The position numbers were made by a program, and so were the translations under genes. From Paramecium tetraurelia (Eukaryota), in contig CT868038.1 of NCBI GenBank assembly GCA_000165425.1, positions 124,001-188,000 on the forward strand: a stretch of 64,000 bases of DNA. Direction: 5' to 3'. Below, one piece after another: positions 12,718 through 25,845 of this stretch (the stretch's first letter is position 1; the number at the start of each line of letters is the position of its first letter). The notes under the pieces were generated by a model that saw only the letters and a program-made list of their open reading frames with translations, did no database searches and was not told the origin of the DNA.

Positions 12718-15700
12718 ATGTTTTAAGACGTAATCTCAGAATTCAGGAATTTCTACAGCAACAGAAACCTCCCCTTTGAAGACTTCATTCTGATCCTCGA
12801 TGAATTTGCCAAGTTGGATGTCAGATGCCAATTGGATGAGCAGACCAAAAAATAATTATATGCTTTCATCTCAGAAAAACAAGAAGGAATCGTCACCTAT
12901 TCCACAGGTACTCATTTCTCTAGTAAACTCTTTCAGTTGAGACTCTGGTCTTTGAATTTCTCTTGCAACAAGAAATTCCACCATACAAAACTAACATTCT
13001 CCCCAAGACTCTTGGAAGGCAAGCCCAGCGTTTACCTAGGGATATGCTGGAAGTTTTGACTAATGACTTCCTAATTCAATTTAAGAATCTCTATAAACTG
13101 ATAGAGAACAGATATGGAATTGATATTGAATATGAGGAGTTAGAAAACCTTTGTAAAGAATTGCAGAGAACCATGAAGATTAACGCTGTTGAAATGTTGA
13201 GATACATACAGCCCCTCGTAGATGAGCATTAGAAGGTGAGTATTAAGGAGCTTCTTGAATTGTGCAATGATTTAGAGAGAATTATTATTAATCAACATAG
13301 CAATTAATCAAACAAAGAAGTCCAGCCACTAATACAAAATTAATAAATTGTACCGTAATATCAGCATGTGTCAACTGACGATGAATTGCAACAAGGAACT
13401 CAGAGGCAGAGCGAAGTTGTTGATAAGAAAGAGTACGCCAACATTGTTTATCAATAAACTGATATCATCATACAGAAAAAATATGTCAATTAACAAGGCA
13501 AGTAGCATTTGAATGAAATCAATCAAGCTGTCAAGAAAATGGAAGCTCAAATATCTATTTTATAGGATGAAGTTAAATAAAAAAATCAAAAATTGGAAAG
13601 TCTAGTGGTTGAAAATGCCAAAAAGATCGAAGAAGCTATGATTGAGAAGGAGTTGGCCAAGACACAACTGCGATAATTTGAGTCTGATATTGTGAATAAG
13701 GATTAGCAAATTGAGATATTCTTGCAGGATATTGATATGTTTTAGGGGGAGAGCAATGTAAATTATTTGTAATTAATAGAGATATCAAGAATAATGTACA
13801 GTGTTGTAATAATAAATCAATGATTATCATGATTAATTGAAAAGTATCACCAAAATTGAAACTGAATTGAAAGAGTCTTATATTGAGAACAAGAAATTAA
13901 ATGAACAACTATCTAAGAGTAAAAGTGAAATCACTCGCCTTACTCAAAATAACAAATCCCTAATGAGCATTATTTAGGAGTATGAGAACAAACAAAATAC
14001 AGAATAAGAATATGTTTAAGTTAATGTCCAAGATTAAAATAAGGATTTAATCAAGGGGTACGAAGAAAAATTGAATGAGTATAATTATTATTATTATCAT
14101 TTAAGCTTGTAATAGTAGTATCATCTATTGGAACAAACAAATACCGATCTTGAAAAATAACTAAATTAAAATGAATCACAGATAATTGATTTGAAGAGAG
14201 AGCTCAATCATTATAAGAAGCTTTATGAAAATCTAAACTGCGAGAATCAACAATTAAGAAGCAGTATCATGCCTAGACCTAGTGCTTTTGGTAAGTAATT
14301 CAACTTAGGAGGGTTGGGAAGAATGAGTAAATTATCTTCTGCAGAAGGTGGTTTCCCATTAAAAAGTTGTATGATAGGTAGGATGTCGAGTGCGAGAATG
14401 TCATCAATTAGAGGATATCCGTAGACTAGGAGTAGTTACTTCAATCCTCTGGATGACTTACAAAGTGGTGGTCTTAAAATAAATGAGATTGACGAGACTG
14501 ATCAACAGGAGCCTGATTAATAACAAACTGATTAATAGAAGAAAATCGTAATACGAATAAATCCAAAATATGAAGAAAGTGTTTTTGAATAAATAAATGA
14601 GGGAGAGGAGGAAAATGATTAAACAGTTCATAAGATAGAGCCAAATAATTAGGAAACACAAAATTAATTGTTATAAAATTTTGATAAATTTTGGATAGGA
14701 TTGAAAAATAAGAATTAATAAGAGTCAATATTTGATCCACAATAGATTCAAATTGATGAAAACTAATTATATGAAAGAGATTTTCTGGGAATACGAAACG
14801 ATTAAAAGGTGAAGGAGTATTTAAGGATAGAAAATAATGTCCACAAATAAATTATCTAGAGATGTTTCTCTGATAGTATTTATAGAGTTGATTCAAAGGG
14901 GAAAAGGGCTCGAAGAATTATATACTTGTCAGAATACACGTTCTTTGTGTTCTTTGGAGAGAAGAAACCTAAAAAGCTGAGTAGAAATTTTGCAATCAAA
15001 GATATCAAAGCCATAATTTTTTCTGAAGTATATATTTAGATTATTATGAAGACTTCTCCTGTAATCTGCTGCATAAAGATAGCAGGTTGCGATGATTTAT
15101 TGATGGAAACATTCAAAAGAACTGAGTTGAATATATATTTGACAGAGATATTCAATTCGCAAAGACTGTTGCCATACAATATAGAATTTTAATCTGATTT
15201 CAGAATCAAATTCTCTGGGTAGAATGATGAAGTCATTTTTTCATAAGTTTCAAAAAGATAAGGGTATTAGGATCAGGGTAAGGCATCTGCGTATAAGGTG
15301 TCAACTAAATAGGGTGATTGAATATTATTAATAAAATAGGTTGGTTGCATTTGCTGAAGATGAATTTCTTGAATTCAGAAAGATGGAAGGAAGTGTTCGT
15401 CATTTTAACCAACGTGGGTCTAATATTGTTCAAGAAGCCAGGGGATTTCGAACCGATTTTATTTGTTTCTCTAGTGGATGCCATTGTAATAAAAGATCCC
15501 ATATTTTAAACTCACTAGCATCATCTATTAAAAGTAATTGATGAATTTTAGGTTAGATTCGTTATGAGAATTCAGAATACGAATACCTTTTTAGTGCAAC
15601 TTCAGCAATTCTGAAGGATGAATGGCATGATGTCATTTAATAAACAATAATGGAATAAGTGAGAAACTAGAAAAAATAATCAATAGATCTAATGGACAGA

Positions 15701-15721
15701 AGTAAGGTGTCAAGTAAATGA
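12718..15721 (+). CDS. Coiled-coil protein with myosin-I tail (TH1)-like and PH domains
   Basis: Long coiled coil, then CFSDSIYRVDSKGKRARRIIYLSEYTFFVF..RNFAIKDIKAIIFSE (TH1-like) and KIGWLHLLK..WKEVFVILTNVGLILFK..YLFSATSAILKDEWHDVI (PH). Confidence 0.75.
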
Positions 15722-15773
15722 TAAATAAAAATGATTGATGAAAATTTAATTTAGTAAAGAAATTGTGTTATCT

Positions 15774-16641
15774 TCATTTTGAATATTCAATTTAATGTGC
15801 AATGCTGTCTTCATTCAAATAGAAATCAATTTTGCCTTCAATAATCTCACCCTTGTTGAATATTGCTTGAAGTTAGAATGGAATTTATACCTTGAATCAT
15901 CTTCCAGTTGAAATGCCAATCATTTGAAGATTCAATCTGATACTGATTGTAGTATTTGCCTCTGCCATGAAAACAATTGTTTTTCCATCTGCCCTCATAC
16001 ACGACATAAAATTTTGAGTTGTCAGTATATAAGGTGCCTGAACCATCTATGGTTAGAACATCTTGAAATTTGACCATCTCTCCTACGTAATACAAACCAT
16101 TCTAAAATGTAATAGAGCCTACCAGTTTATTGGATTTATTAAACATCTGTCCTTATGACATATTGCCAGAGTGTTCAACATATTTTAATATTGGAACTGT
16201 TAAAGTGGGAGTGCTTGGTTACTCGCTGCAAGTGTCTTGAGTCAATTCGGATCGGTGATGTTTATGTTTTGTTGATGATGTCTACAAAGCTGTTATGTTG
16301 CTCAGTTTATTAGTAGTACTGTTTTGGGATCTTAATTTAACAAAAAGGTCAGGACTTTAAGTTATTATTTAAACACTTGAAGTTTTTTGATGCTTTGTCT
16401 TACTTTCACTAATTTGTTTACTAAAACTTATGTTTTAATCTTTGCTAGGCGAATTCGATCTAATTTGCTTGATATTTGATGATAATATGTTCTTCGTAAA
16501 TTTTACTATCTTTATGTTATCTGTGGGTCCCAAGAATATGTAATTTGGGAATTGAAGAGTAATGGGTTAAGTTTTTTCTGGAGATCTCAAAGGAACGTTC
16601 CTAGGCGTATGTGCTTTGGTAGTCAATCTAACTAATTACAT
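15774..16641 (-). CDS. Low-complexity protein with C-terminal MORN-like repeats
   Basis: YYVGEM..DGSGTLY..YEGRWKNNCFHGRGKYY. Confidence 0.7.
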
Positions 16642-16712
16642 TAAATAATATATTTTATGAAAGTCTCATAGTTTATTCTAAATGTACACATTTATATATT
16701 TAATAATAACAA

Positions 16713-17739
16713 TCATAGGATCTTTTTTTCTAATTCCTACTGGTAATCAACCTCCTCATTTCCTTAATCAACTTGTTATTGATTATTGTCTTGCTTTGGC
16801 TGGATGTTGATCACTCTCACTTTCACCTTCCTCAACTCAAATACAATCTAATTGTCTAAATTTTATATCTTACATTTGGAGGACATATAGATGTCACAGA
16901 GGCTTTCAAAAGAGCATCATTAAATTGATTCTAATCCCCTTTCTCATAAGAGTTCAACATCTAATCAACTGCTCTAAATTCTGATGACTTGTGGAAATTG
17001 TATACTCTAAGTAATATATATAAATGCTCTAATCATACTAAATTAGTTATTCCAATTCTTGATTTTCTCTGGCGGTCTCATCTTAAAATATGTGCATAAC
17101 AATAATAACCAGAGCATATTAACTCGAAGGATATTTAATCTGTTCCTCTCTGAACTTCGAGATATCATTCATGTATAGATCACCCACTTTATGATATTGT
17201 TGAGTCTCTATCAAGATCTCCAAAAACGAACAGATTATGTAAGATAGAGTAGAAGGAGCGTGTACTTTCCCAGCCTTAGCCAGTGCTTCCAAGATTATTT
17301 ATTCTGAAAACTCATATTGTTGTCTTTTATTTAAATACCTGCAGTTAATTGATCACTTTTACTTGACCACTTCATTTAAAACTTTGAGTTATTTCATTCC
17401 TGAGTCTGAAATCTTAAAGTTCACATCTGCCTAATGAGTCCATTCCACAAGCTCTTTATAATCCTAGCTTGAATTGTCTATTAGAGGATTCAGAAGGGCT
17501 TCATAGTTTCTTCCCACAGCCCAAGTATAATCCAATTTTTCATTGCATTCAATAGCGAATTTAAGTGCTTCTTTTTCATTCTGAGAATTCTTGCATTCCT
17601 TATACAATTTCGCCGCTTACTCAAAATTCATAGCTCCCAAATTATAATCCTTCTTCCACTACAATACACCAGTTTTTAAGCTAAAAAGTATTAGCTAATA
17701 ACATTAAGCTTCTTTCTTGAATTTTTTATCAGTCTCCAT
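16713..17739 (-). CDS. NAPG: Gamma-SNAP (NSF attachment protein gamma)
   Basis: LKTGVLQWKKDYNLGAMNFEQAAKLYKECKN..EKEALKFAIECNEKL..AVGRNYE resembles the gamma-SNAP N-terminus; start codon uncertain. Confidence 0.75.
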
Positions 17740-18325
17740 CCCCTAACCATTTACTTATTTCTTTAATAATTATTATAAGCATTATTAACTGCCATAATCT
17801 TTTAAAGAACCACTCAAGCTTGTCTAGCATAACCTCTTTTCGCGAATACTAAATATGATTGTCCATGTCTTGGGATCTGTTATAGTAGGCAGTTATAATA
17901 AAATTAGATTTAAAAAGAATTTAATATTCTAAAAAAACAAAATATAATTATTTAAGTATTTTAATTTTCTAAATTACTTTTTTTTAATTGAAATTCATTT
18001 ATTATCTTATATTTATTTATTATTTCATGAGTGCTGGAGTTATTGAAAAATATAGTGAATTAATGTAGAATTTATTTGTTATACTGGTATTATCCAACAG
18101 AAAATTATATAATAATAGAACTATCAACAGGAAATGATAAAATATTTTGTTATTATATCTTATTTGAAAGTATAGTCTTTTCTGATGCCATATTTTAATA
18201 TTTAGCTGGTGATATTATATTATGAGAAAGAGAGTGAAATTATTAATGAAATCTTAATAAATAATAAATATTAAGATTTATTTATTAGCAATTTTGAGCA
18301 AATAGTAATTACTCGTATAAATATA

Positions 18326-18839
18326 ATGAGATCAAGAAGGTTGTCCGATGGAGAGTTTGGATATGAATTGCATGGCTCGTCTAATTAAAAATATAGAAGA
18401 AAAGGCCAAGTAAAAAACGAGGATGAGATTGAGATAGAAGTTCCTAATGGGAACTTGACGAAAGGCAGGATATTCTTTAGTCACAACTGTGCTGGTTGTC
18501 ATGTTCTGGAGAATACTCATTTAATACAGAAATCAATATTTAAATTTATGACCATCCTTGAGAACTGTGTAACTAAGAAGAAATAGGTCGAAGAGATTTC
18601 TAATTACGGGAAAAACTTGACTGACTGCCTATAAGTTCTATTGGATTAGAAAAAAGCCTTGGGAATTTTTAGGGAATCCTGAAAAAATGTTCCCAGACAC
18701 TAATATGCAGTTAGACGGAGTATGATTTTGAATGCAATTGTAGGTTAAGGATCCCTTTTGTTTGGCAAGTGTTATATATTATTTGTAATATTTGAGGGTG
18801 TTTACATTTGTTATTAGAGGGTAAAAATAAATAATTTGA
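18326..18839 (+). pseudogene. Cytochrome c-like pseudogene
   Basis: EVPNGNLTKGRIFFSHNCAGCH (CxxCH 18488-18502); different frame *PSL...FYW...EFLGNPEKMFPDTNMQLDG; in-frame TGA at 18549 and 18618; no valid intron restores the frame. Confidence 0.8.
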
Positions 18840-18846
18840 ATATTAT

Positions 18847-19113
18847 ATGAATAATAATAATAATCATATAATAAAAATACAGGCATTAGTAAGAGGGTTT
18901 TTGGTGAGGTAGAGATTAGTTAGTAAAGTGAGGGACGAGTATGCGTCTATCACCAAGAGTATTGAAGGAATTGAGCCTAGGTATGCAACTAAGAATCATT
19001 TGAATCGCCCTTATTTTTCAAGAGCAAAACTTATTTAGGAAGAAATTAATCGCATTCAGTTGAGACTTAAAGAAATATCCAAATTGAAATAGGAGAGATT
19101 GATGATTTTATGA
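18847..19113 (+). CDS. Small IQ-motif protein (IQCC-like)
   Basis: IIKIQALVRGFLVRQRLVSKVRDEYASITKSIEG...RPYF...; 88 aa, intronless. Confidence 0.75.
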
Positions 19114-19133
19114 TACAAAACCATAATTGATAT

Positions 19134-19481
19134 TCATTGTTTGGGAAACGGTGTTTTTTAAAATTTTCGATGTGCTTTCTTTAACAAAGGTGTTTAGAAC
19201 GAAACTTTTATTAATGGACTTTATTAAACTGAGTGTGACTGTCGTTTTTTGTTAAACCGTGTAGACACATCATTTTTTTTAAGGGATTGACAAAGTCTTT
19301 CGAACTCCTTTCTTTACTTTAATTATTAATCGCGAATGTCTCTATGATAATTGGCTCTTTGTTCGGTGTGCAATTAAATGTAAGATTTAAAGATGCTCTC
19401 TTCTTCGTTTCCCTCCTTTACTCTCGCTAATTTTGATTTAGAAAGGATGTGCATTTATTTTTTTTGAATTTATTAGCTCAT
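19134..19481 (-). CDS. Small basic hypothetical protein
   Basis: ATG 19481 MSQQIQKKQMHILSKSKLARVKEGNEEESIFKSYIQ... open to TGA 19134. Confidence 0.65.
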
Positions 19482-19508
19482 TTTTTATTATTATTAAATT
19501 ATAAATAA

Positions 19509-20123
19509 ATGAGAACCTTTGTTGATTTTATGGAAAAATACAAAGTGGTTTGTGCTAATGTGATTCTTGAAAACAATTTCGCCAATGGAACATTATATTT
19601 GGGAGACTTTTATGCAGCTTTGGATAAGAAGTGGCAACAGAAACATCAGCTCGTTGCAGTATTGACTGTGGCCAAGGACCTGAATATACAGCCAGCACAA
19701 GGAATCGTACACAAAGTAATTGATGCCATCGATGATCCATCTTATGATTTGTCATAACATTTCAATGAGTGTTATGAATTTATGTCGATATGGTTAAAGA
19801 GAGGACCAATATTAGTTCATTGTGCTGCTGGAGTATCACGCTCTGCTGCAATAGTAATATATTTTATAATGAGATCATTTAAATGGAGTTTTGTAAAATC
19901 ATTTCAACATGTTAAAGCAAAACGAAGTGTCATATCTCCAAATGAGGGATTTATAAGATAACTCAAATAGCATGAAAAGTTGTTAGGCCTAGTTGTGTTT
20001 AGAGAAAGCACTTTAGAAGAAGAATAAAAACGCTAGACTTAATCAAAACCAACTAAAGGGGTTATTCGAGGGAGATCAGTTGTCATAAAGACTCAAAAAT
20101 AGCCAGTCACTCGTTTTAAGTGA
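19509..20123 (+). CDS. Dual-specificity protein phosphatase
   Basis: LYLGD, AIDDP, ILVHCAAGVSRSA catalytic loop, KRSVISPNEGF; 204 aa intronless. Confidence 0.95.
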
Positions 20124-20891
20124 ATCATATTTAATTTACTATAAAATTTAACTTAATAAGATTAAAAATCACATCTGATTTTCGTTTTGAAATAAAACTC
20201 AAGAATATTGTAACAAATTCTTAACATAAAAATACTATCTTACTAAAAGGTCATTATCAAGTGTATAATAAAAATGATTTGCAACTTAAGTTAATAGTCG
20301 AAAATGTTTATCTTATTAATTTTGAAACTAATAATTGATAAAATTCTTAATGTTATTTGATATTGTAAAATTGCATTATAGTATTTAAATTCTAGTTGGT
20401 ATAATTTAAGTTGAATTCAATTTTGTATTGATTCTAATCAAATAAAAAATCTCTGTATTATAAAATGATTCTATGAGGATTAATGCCGAAATTAAGATAC
20501 TCAATTCATCATGTATTTTTTTTTAATGTTTATAAATAATAACTAAAGTAAAAAGAAAAACTCAAATGCATAATGATATACATAATGTCTGCTTTTAAAA
20601 TATTATTTAGAAATAACTTGAAAAAGTTCATAATCTACTCAGATTCATTATTAGTTTAATTCTTAAGTCTATTTTAATCTTAATTGACTAGAATTAATTG
20701 AAGTACTAGTATAATTTTCAAAATCAAATGTAAAGGACATAAAGGTGGAAACATGATAGTATTTGAATTAGTTCACCTTGAAGTTCAATTCATTTTAATT
20801 AATAATTACAATCAATTAGTTGAGGAATGAAATTATCTCTATCTATTGAAGTTATTTTAATATTATTTTAATACTATAATTTAAATTAAAT

Positions 20892-22608
20892 ATGATTAAC
20901 GAGAATAGGAGGTAAGAAATTATGTCAAGGTTGAAACAAGAGAGAGAGCAGAGGAAGAAATTGATAGAGGATGGCAATGTTGAAACTATTTATATTGACA
21001 GATCTTTAATAGAAACACCAAGCATTGGGAAAGAAGAATATTCAGAGACCTAATCGTAAATTGCAGATGAGAGCAAAAATAGTCAGTATAGTAGACAAAC
21101 ACCAGAGATACTGAAAGTCTAGTAGGAGAAATTATAGGAGATGAAGTAGAACTTAATGAAAAATAAAGAGAGCAAAAAACAGACATATTTTGATAAATTA
21201 GCAGAACCAAAATCAATTGTGTAGGAAGAGAGAGAGTTTTTAAAATAGGAATAGGAGAAAAAAATGGTATATTCACTAAGTTATTTTAGTTGGCTGAGTT
21301 GCCATTCAGACCTGAATTAAGTGATTAAACTAATTTGCTTGCATAAATTAAATATTGTAAATATGAAGGAATACCTATTTATGAAAGACTTAAAATTTTA
21401 GAGCAAGAAAGATTAGCTCACATTGATGAATTAAAATTGATGATTAATTAACAGGAAGAGGAACAACCTTTAAATAAGGTTCCTAGACCTTATGGAGAAA
21501 AACCTCCTTTGCATGAAAGATATTAATAAGTAATGCAGGATAAATAGGCATTGCTTGAATATTTAAAAGCAAAGCAACTAAGAGAGGAAGAGGACTTATT
21601 CAAGCCTAGGATTAATTTATAATCATAACTTTTGGCTGAAAAAAATAGGGTAGATGGAATGAATGTCGTTGATAGGTTAGTACAGGATGGTATAAGAAAA
21701 CAAAATATTGTTTATTCGGATGATCTCCCTTATGATTTTCAGCCTCAAACTAATCAATAAATTAATGAGCAAATAGTTAAAGGAGATTTTAGTTAGAGAC
21801 AAGAAGAGTTCAACAGGAAATAACTCGAAAAGAATATGGATTTAGAAAGCAAGGCATACAAAGATTATACTTTCAGACCCAAATTAAATAAGCAAAGTGA
21901 ACAGATTGCAAATCGCAAGATCTCTCAAGATTCCTTATTTGATAGACTCTATAGTGAATATTAGACAAGACAATCAAATATTGAAGAAAAGAAGTAAGAA
22001 GATATAAGCAAACTAAATTTTAACCCAGAATTAAATCCTAAGTCAATGGAAATGGCTGTGGATAGAACTCTTTAGGATTTGATTAAGAATGAGTATGGAG
22101 AGTATAGAAAATAGTTATTAAAAGAAGTAAGTTGATTGAATTATGCTATAGAAATATGACGACTCTGATAAAGAATGCTCATTCTATCCAAGTGTGTCTA
22201 CATCGATGAAATATTCATAAATGCATTCGTAATACAGTTTCGATGATTGTCATGAAAAGATCAAGTAATATTAAACTAACAGAGAATAAAGAAGATCTCA
22301 ATTAAAGAAGTAATAATTTTACTAGACTAAGGGAGTAAGAAGATGAACAATTGAAGTAGTGTACATTTAAACCTTAAATTAATAAAAAAACCATAGACAA
22401 CAACAAGCAAATTGAAGTGTATGGCTTAGAATCTTTTCTGCATAAAGTCGATATGACGAATAAGAAGAAAGATCAATAACATTTAGTTGAACAAAAACTA
22501 TTCAAAAAACACGAGCAATACGATTACAATAAACATCAAGAAAAAACAAATTGTCAACCATTTAAACTATCTAGTAATTAAGCCATTAAAAACTCGTATA
22601 AAAAATGA
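20892..22608 (+). CDS. Coiled-coil protein with repeated F.P.(I/L)N motifs
   Basis: PFRPELS, FKPRIN, FQPQTN, TFRPKLN, FNPELN, CSFYP, CTFKPQIN repeats; C-terminal TNCQPFKLS. Confidence 0.75.
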
Positions 22609-23668
22609 ATGACTACATATTTATCAATTTATTATAAATTTTCAAATGGGCTTAAGCAAGTCAAAAATTCCATGTTCTCAATATAAATTATATTCAATTT
22701 GCCTGCTCCGAAAAATGTTAACACTGATTGAAGTGATAACAGAAATGGTTCATATGTTATTTTACTTGAACCAACTATAATTGTAGTTAGATCTTCCAAT
22801 TAAGCATTTAAGGCAGCCAACTAACCCAAATTTATTGCGAACATGAACCATAAACTTTTTACAACATCAAGAACATTTACTGATGTGGGTTCCTTGGTTT
22901 GCAACTTACCCATTGATGCAGCTATGATGTCTTTGGATAAACCCAATGATGTGTAGCTCTTACCATAGATATCTTCTACAGTCATGTCTGCATTCAAATT
23001 ATTGCCTTCTTTGAATGCCAGTGTTAATTATTCATTTATATCTCCATCTAAGCCAATTAATTAAAATATTTTTTCAATTGTAGTGTCCGTAATCAGAGAA
23101 CCATTCAGCTTCACAAATTGATTTACTGCTTGCACCTTATAAAAAGAGACACTCTTGTTCACATTTAAATACAGGTATGGGTATTTTGGGCAAGGACAAA
23201 CAACTTTCCCAATTTCATAGCCTTCTCTCAATAAATGAATTTCTCTTAAATTTATTAAGTTATTAAATTGATAAAATGCTCCTTCCTTATTGCTCATTAA
23301 ATAGTCAATTGCTTTTATTGAATTATGAACACTCCTTTATTTAATTAACTTTAAATCCAATTCTTTTTCAAAAATGTCAGAATAATATGTAAACTCTTCC
23401 TGATCTTACAATCCATATCCACAAATCGAAACCTCGTTTTGTAGAGGATACTCTTAATCGAGTAATTTTTTAATTACTTTCAGTTCATTAACAATGAACT
23501 AATTTACTATTCATAATATACATCTTTGAACTTATTATGCTAAATTTTTATTTGGTAGTTTCTATACTCATTTGTAACTTCGTAATATGGATGTGTTAAT
23601 CCTTCGAGTTTTGTGAGAATGCCCAATTTAATAAATTAGAAATCAACTTAAATTGACAATTTACTCAT
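22554..23668 (-). CDS. Divergent type II pantothenate kinase (fumble) homologue, catalytic motifs degenerate
   Basis: YPYLYLNVNKSVSFYKV, DMTVEDIYGKSYTSLGLSKDIIAASMGK, DVVKSLWFMFAINLGQLAALNA; one 23-nt intron; first in-frame TGA at 22554. Confidence 0.8.
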
Positions 23669-24737
23669 TGTTTATTATTAATAATAATTAAATGCCTTTT
23701 AAAAATTAAGTTAAAAATGTGAACCTTACTTTTCCGCTTATTTAATCTTAGAAAATATGAGTTTTCGATGAATAAATTTAATTTTTTATGAATATTTCAA
23801 TCATATTGTTATTTTATTAAATAATAAATTTATTATAATAGAGAGTCAAGGCATTATTGTTTCTAATTTCTTTTATTTTATTTTGTATTATTATCAATTA
23901 AAAGTACTAAAATTAACTTATAATATAATATAGAACTTCAATTATTAAAATATATATCACAAATTTTATTTTATACGGTTTATTAGATCTAATAAATTTT
24001 GATATTTTTCTAATGCTATTGATTTCTTAGTATATATTAACTATAGTGGATTTATCATATTTATTTCTCCCTTAATTTAATCTAGATTTTATAACTAAAG
24101 GTGAAGATTTACAATTACAAAGGGATAGCTTAAGCGAAAACTTAAGTAATTCATTAATAGTTGATCACAATTTCAAATTGTTTATAATTAATAACGCATC
24201 ACATGTAAAAAATTCACTAATATAATAAGTTCTTACAATAATTAATTTATCTTCAAATATTACAAATAAAATAAACTTATAAATTTTCAGATAAAGATTT
24301 TGGTAATGGTTAGTTGAGTTATGATTCCATTAAATTAAATGAGGTATGCAGTAAGAAATTAATATCAAAGATCAGCAACAGAAACATTTAGGAAGTGCTC
24401 CATTAGTAAATTAAACTCTGCAAAAATTATAATTTATATTTCTTTTTATTATATTAATCTTGTTCAGAAACAACACTGGTTACTTTTGAATTACCAATAC
24501 GTAGACTTAGAGAGGAGTATTATGTAATAAAACTTACTTAATTTTGATAAATAAGAATTGAATGGATCAGTTATTTTTAATTTTCTTGTATTGAAATTCA
24601 GTTCTAGGTTATCCATCATTTAAATATCTTAAAATTCGATTCTTCTCACCTTTTGAGTGGTTTGTATTTTTATATAATAATATTGGATTTCTCAACTTGT
24701 ATTAGAATGTTTTGATCAGTCATTTTTATTATTAATA

Positions 24738-25845
24738 ATGGGTTAAACATGCAATGGATGCTAATGTTAACATCATTCTGTAGAATCCATTTCGGAAGTC
24801 AATGTGAAAAAGAAACCTAAGAAAAAGGTTGAGAAGCAAGAAAAGTCAGAGAAGACCGAAAAATCAGATCATCAATAAGAATAGAAATAAGTGGAGAAGA
24901 CAGACCATAGTATTAAGAAATAAAAAAAAATCTCATAAGGGGAAGCAGCAATAAAAATTTAAAGAAATTGGAAGAAACACAAAAAACAGAAGGAAAAAAA
25001 GTAAGTAAAGGCTGGTGCTAACATGAAATAATAGTATTTTAAAGAAGAAATGGCAAATGCTCAACCCCCTCCAGACCCTAATCGAGTTAAAAATCCACCC
25101 TATCAGTATTCAAAATTAGATAATAGGTTTTAATCAGGTGCTGTATACGATGGAGAGTGGAAGGATAAAAAAAGAGATGGATTTGGAACGTAAAAATGGC
25201 CAGATGGGGCTAAATACGAAGGGTAGTGGGTTGATAATAAAGCATGCGGACATGGGAAGTTTTATCATGCAGATGGTGATGTTTTTGAAGGAGAATGGAA
25301 GGATGACAAAGCTAATGGTTGGGGTATCTACAAACATTAGAATGGAGCCATGTATGAAGGTGAATGGAGAGATGATTTGTAACATGGAAAAGGAACAGAA
25401 ACTTGTAATATTCAAGTTATTTAGTTTAGGGTAGGATAAATCAAAATATTCTGGAGATTATATCGATGGTAAAAAACATGGAAGAGGGAAGTATGATTGG
25501 GCTGACGGATCCTATTATGATGGAGATTGGAAAGACAATAAAATAAATGGATTTGGAACTTATAAATGGGCAGATGGAAGAGGATACACAGGAGAATGGT
25601 TAGATAACAACATGAATGGCAAAGGGGTCTATTAGTGGCAAGATGGTAGAAAGTATGAAGGATCTTATCTTAATGATAAGAAACATGGATTTGGCATATA
25701 TTACTGGGCTGATGGTCGAAGATATGAAGGGGGTTGGAAGAATGGTAAATAACATGGAAATGCTAAATATTACCTTAATGATGGAACCATTAAGGAAGGA
25801 ATTTGGGAAGATGGTAAAAGAATAAAATGGCTAGATGATCCTTGA
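24738..25845 (+). CDS. MORN-repeat protein with N-terminal acylation motif and IQ motif
   Basis: MGQTCNGCQC; AAIKIQRNWKKHK; many YxGxWxxxxxxGxG repeats. Confidence 0.93.

Noticed and set aside
17740..17866. Upstream ATG at 17866 as the gamma-SNAP start
   Set aside because: That frame hits TGA before the conserved region; the true start remains uncertain
18549..18620. In-frame TGAs as selenocysteine or readthrough in the cytochrome c-like gene
   Set aside because: The first replaces a conserved Gly, a frameshift is also present, and I saw no SECIS
25130..25830. Periodic repeats resembling an array or CRISPR
   Set aside because: They are protein-coding MORN repeats
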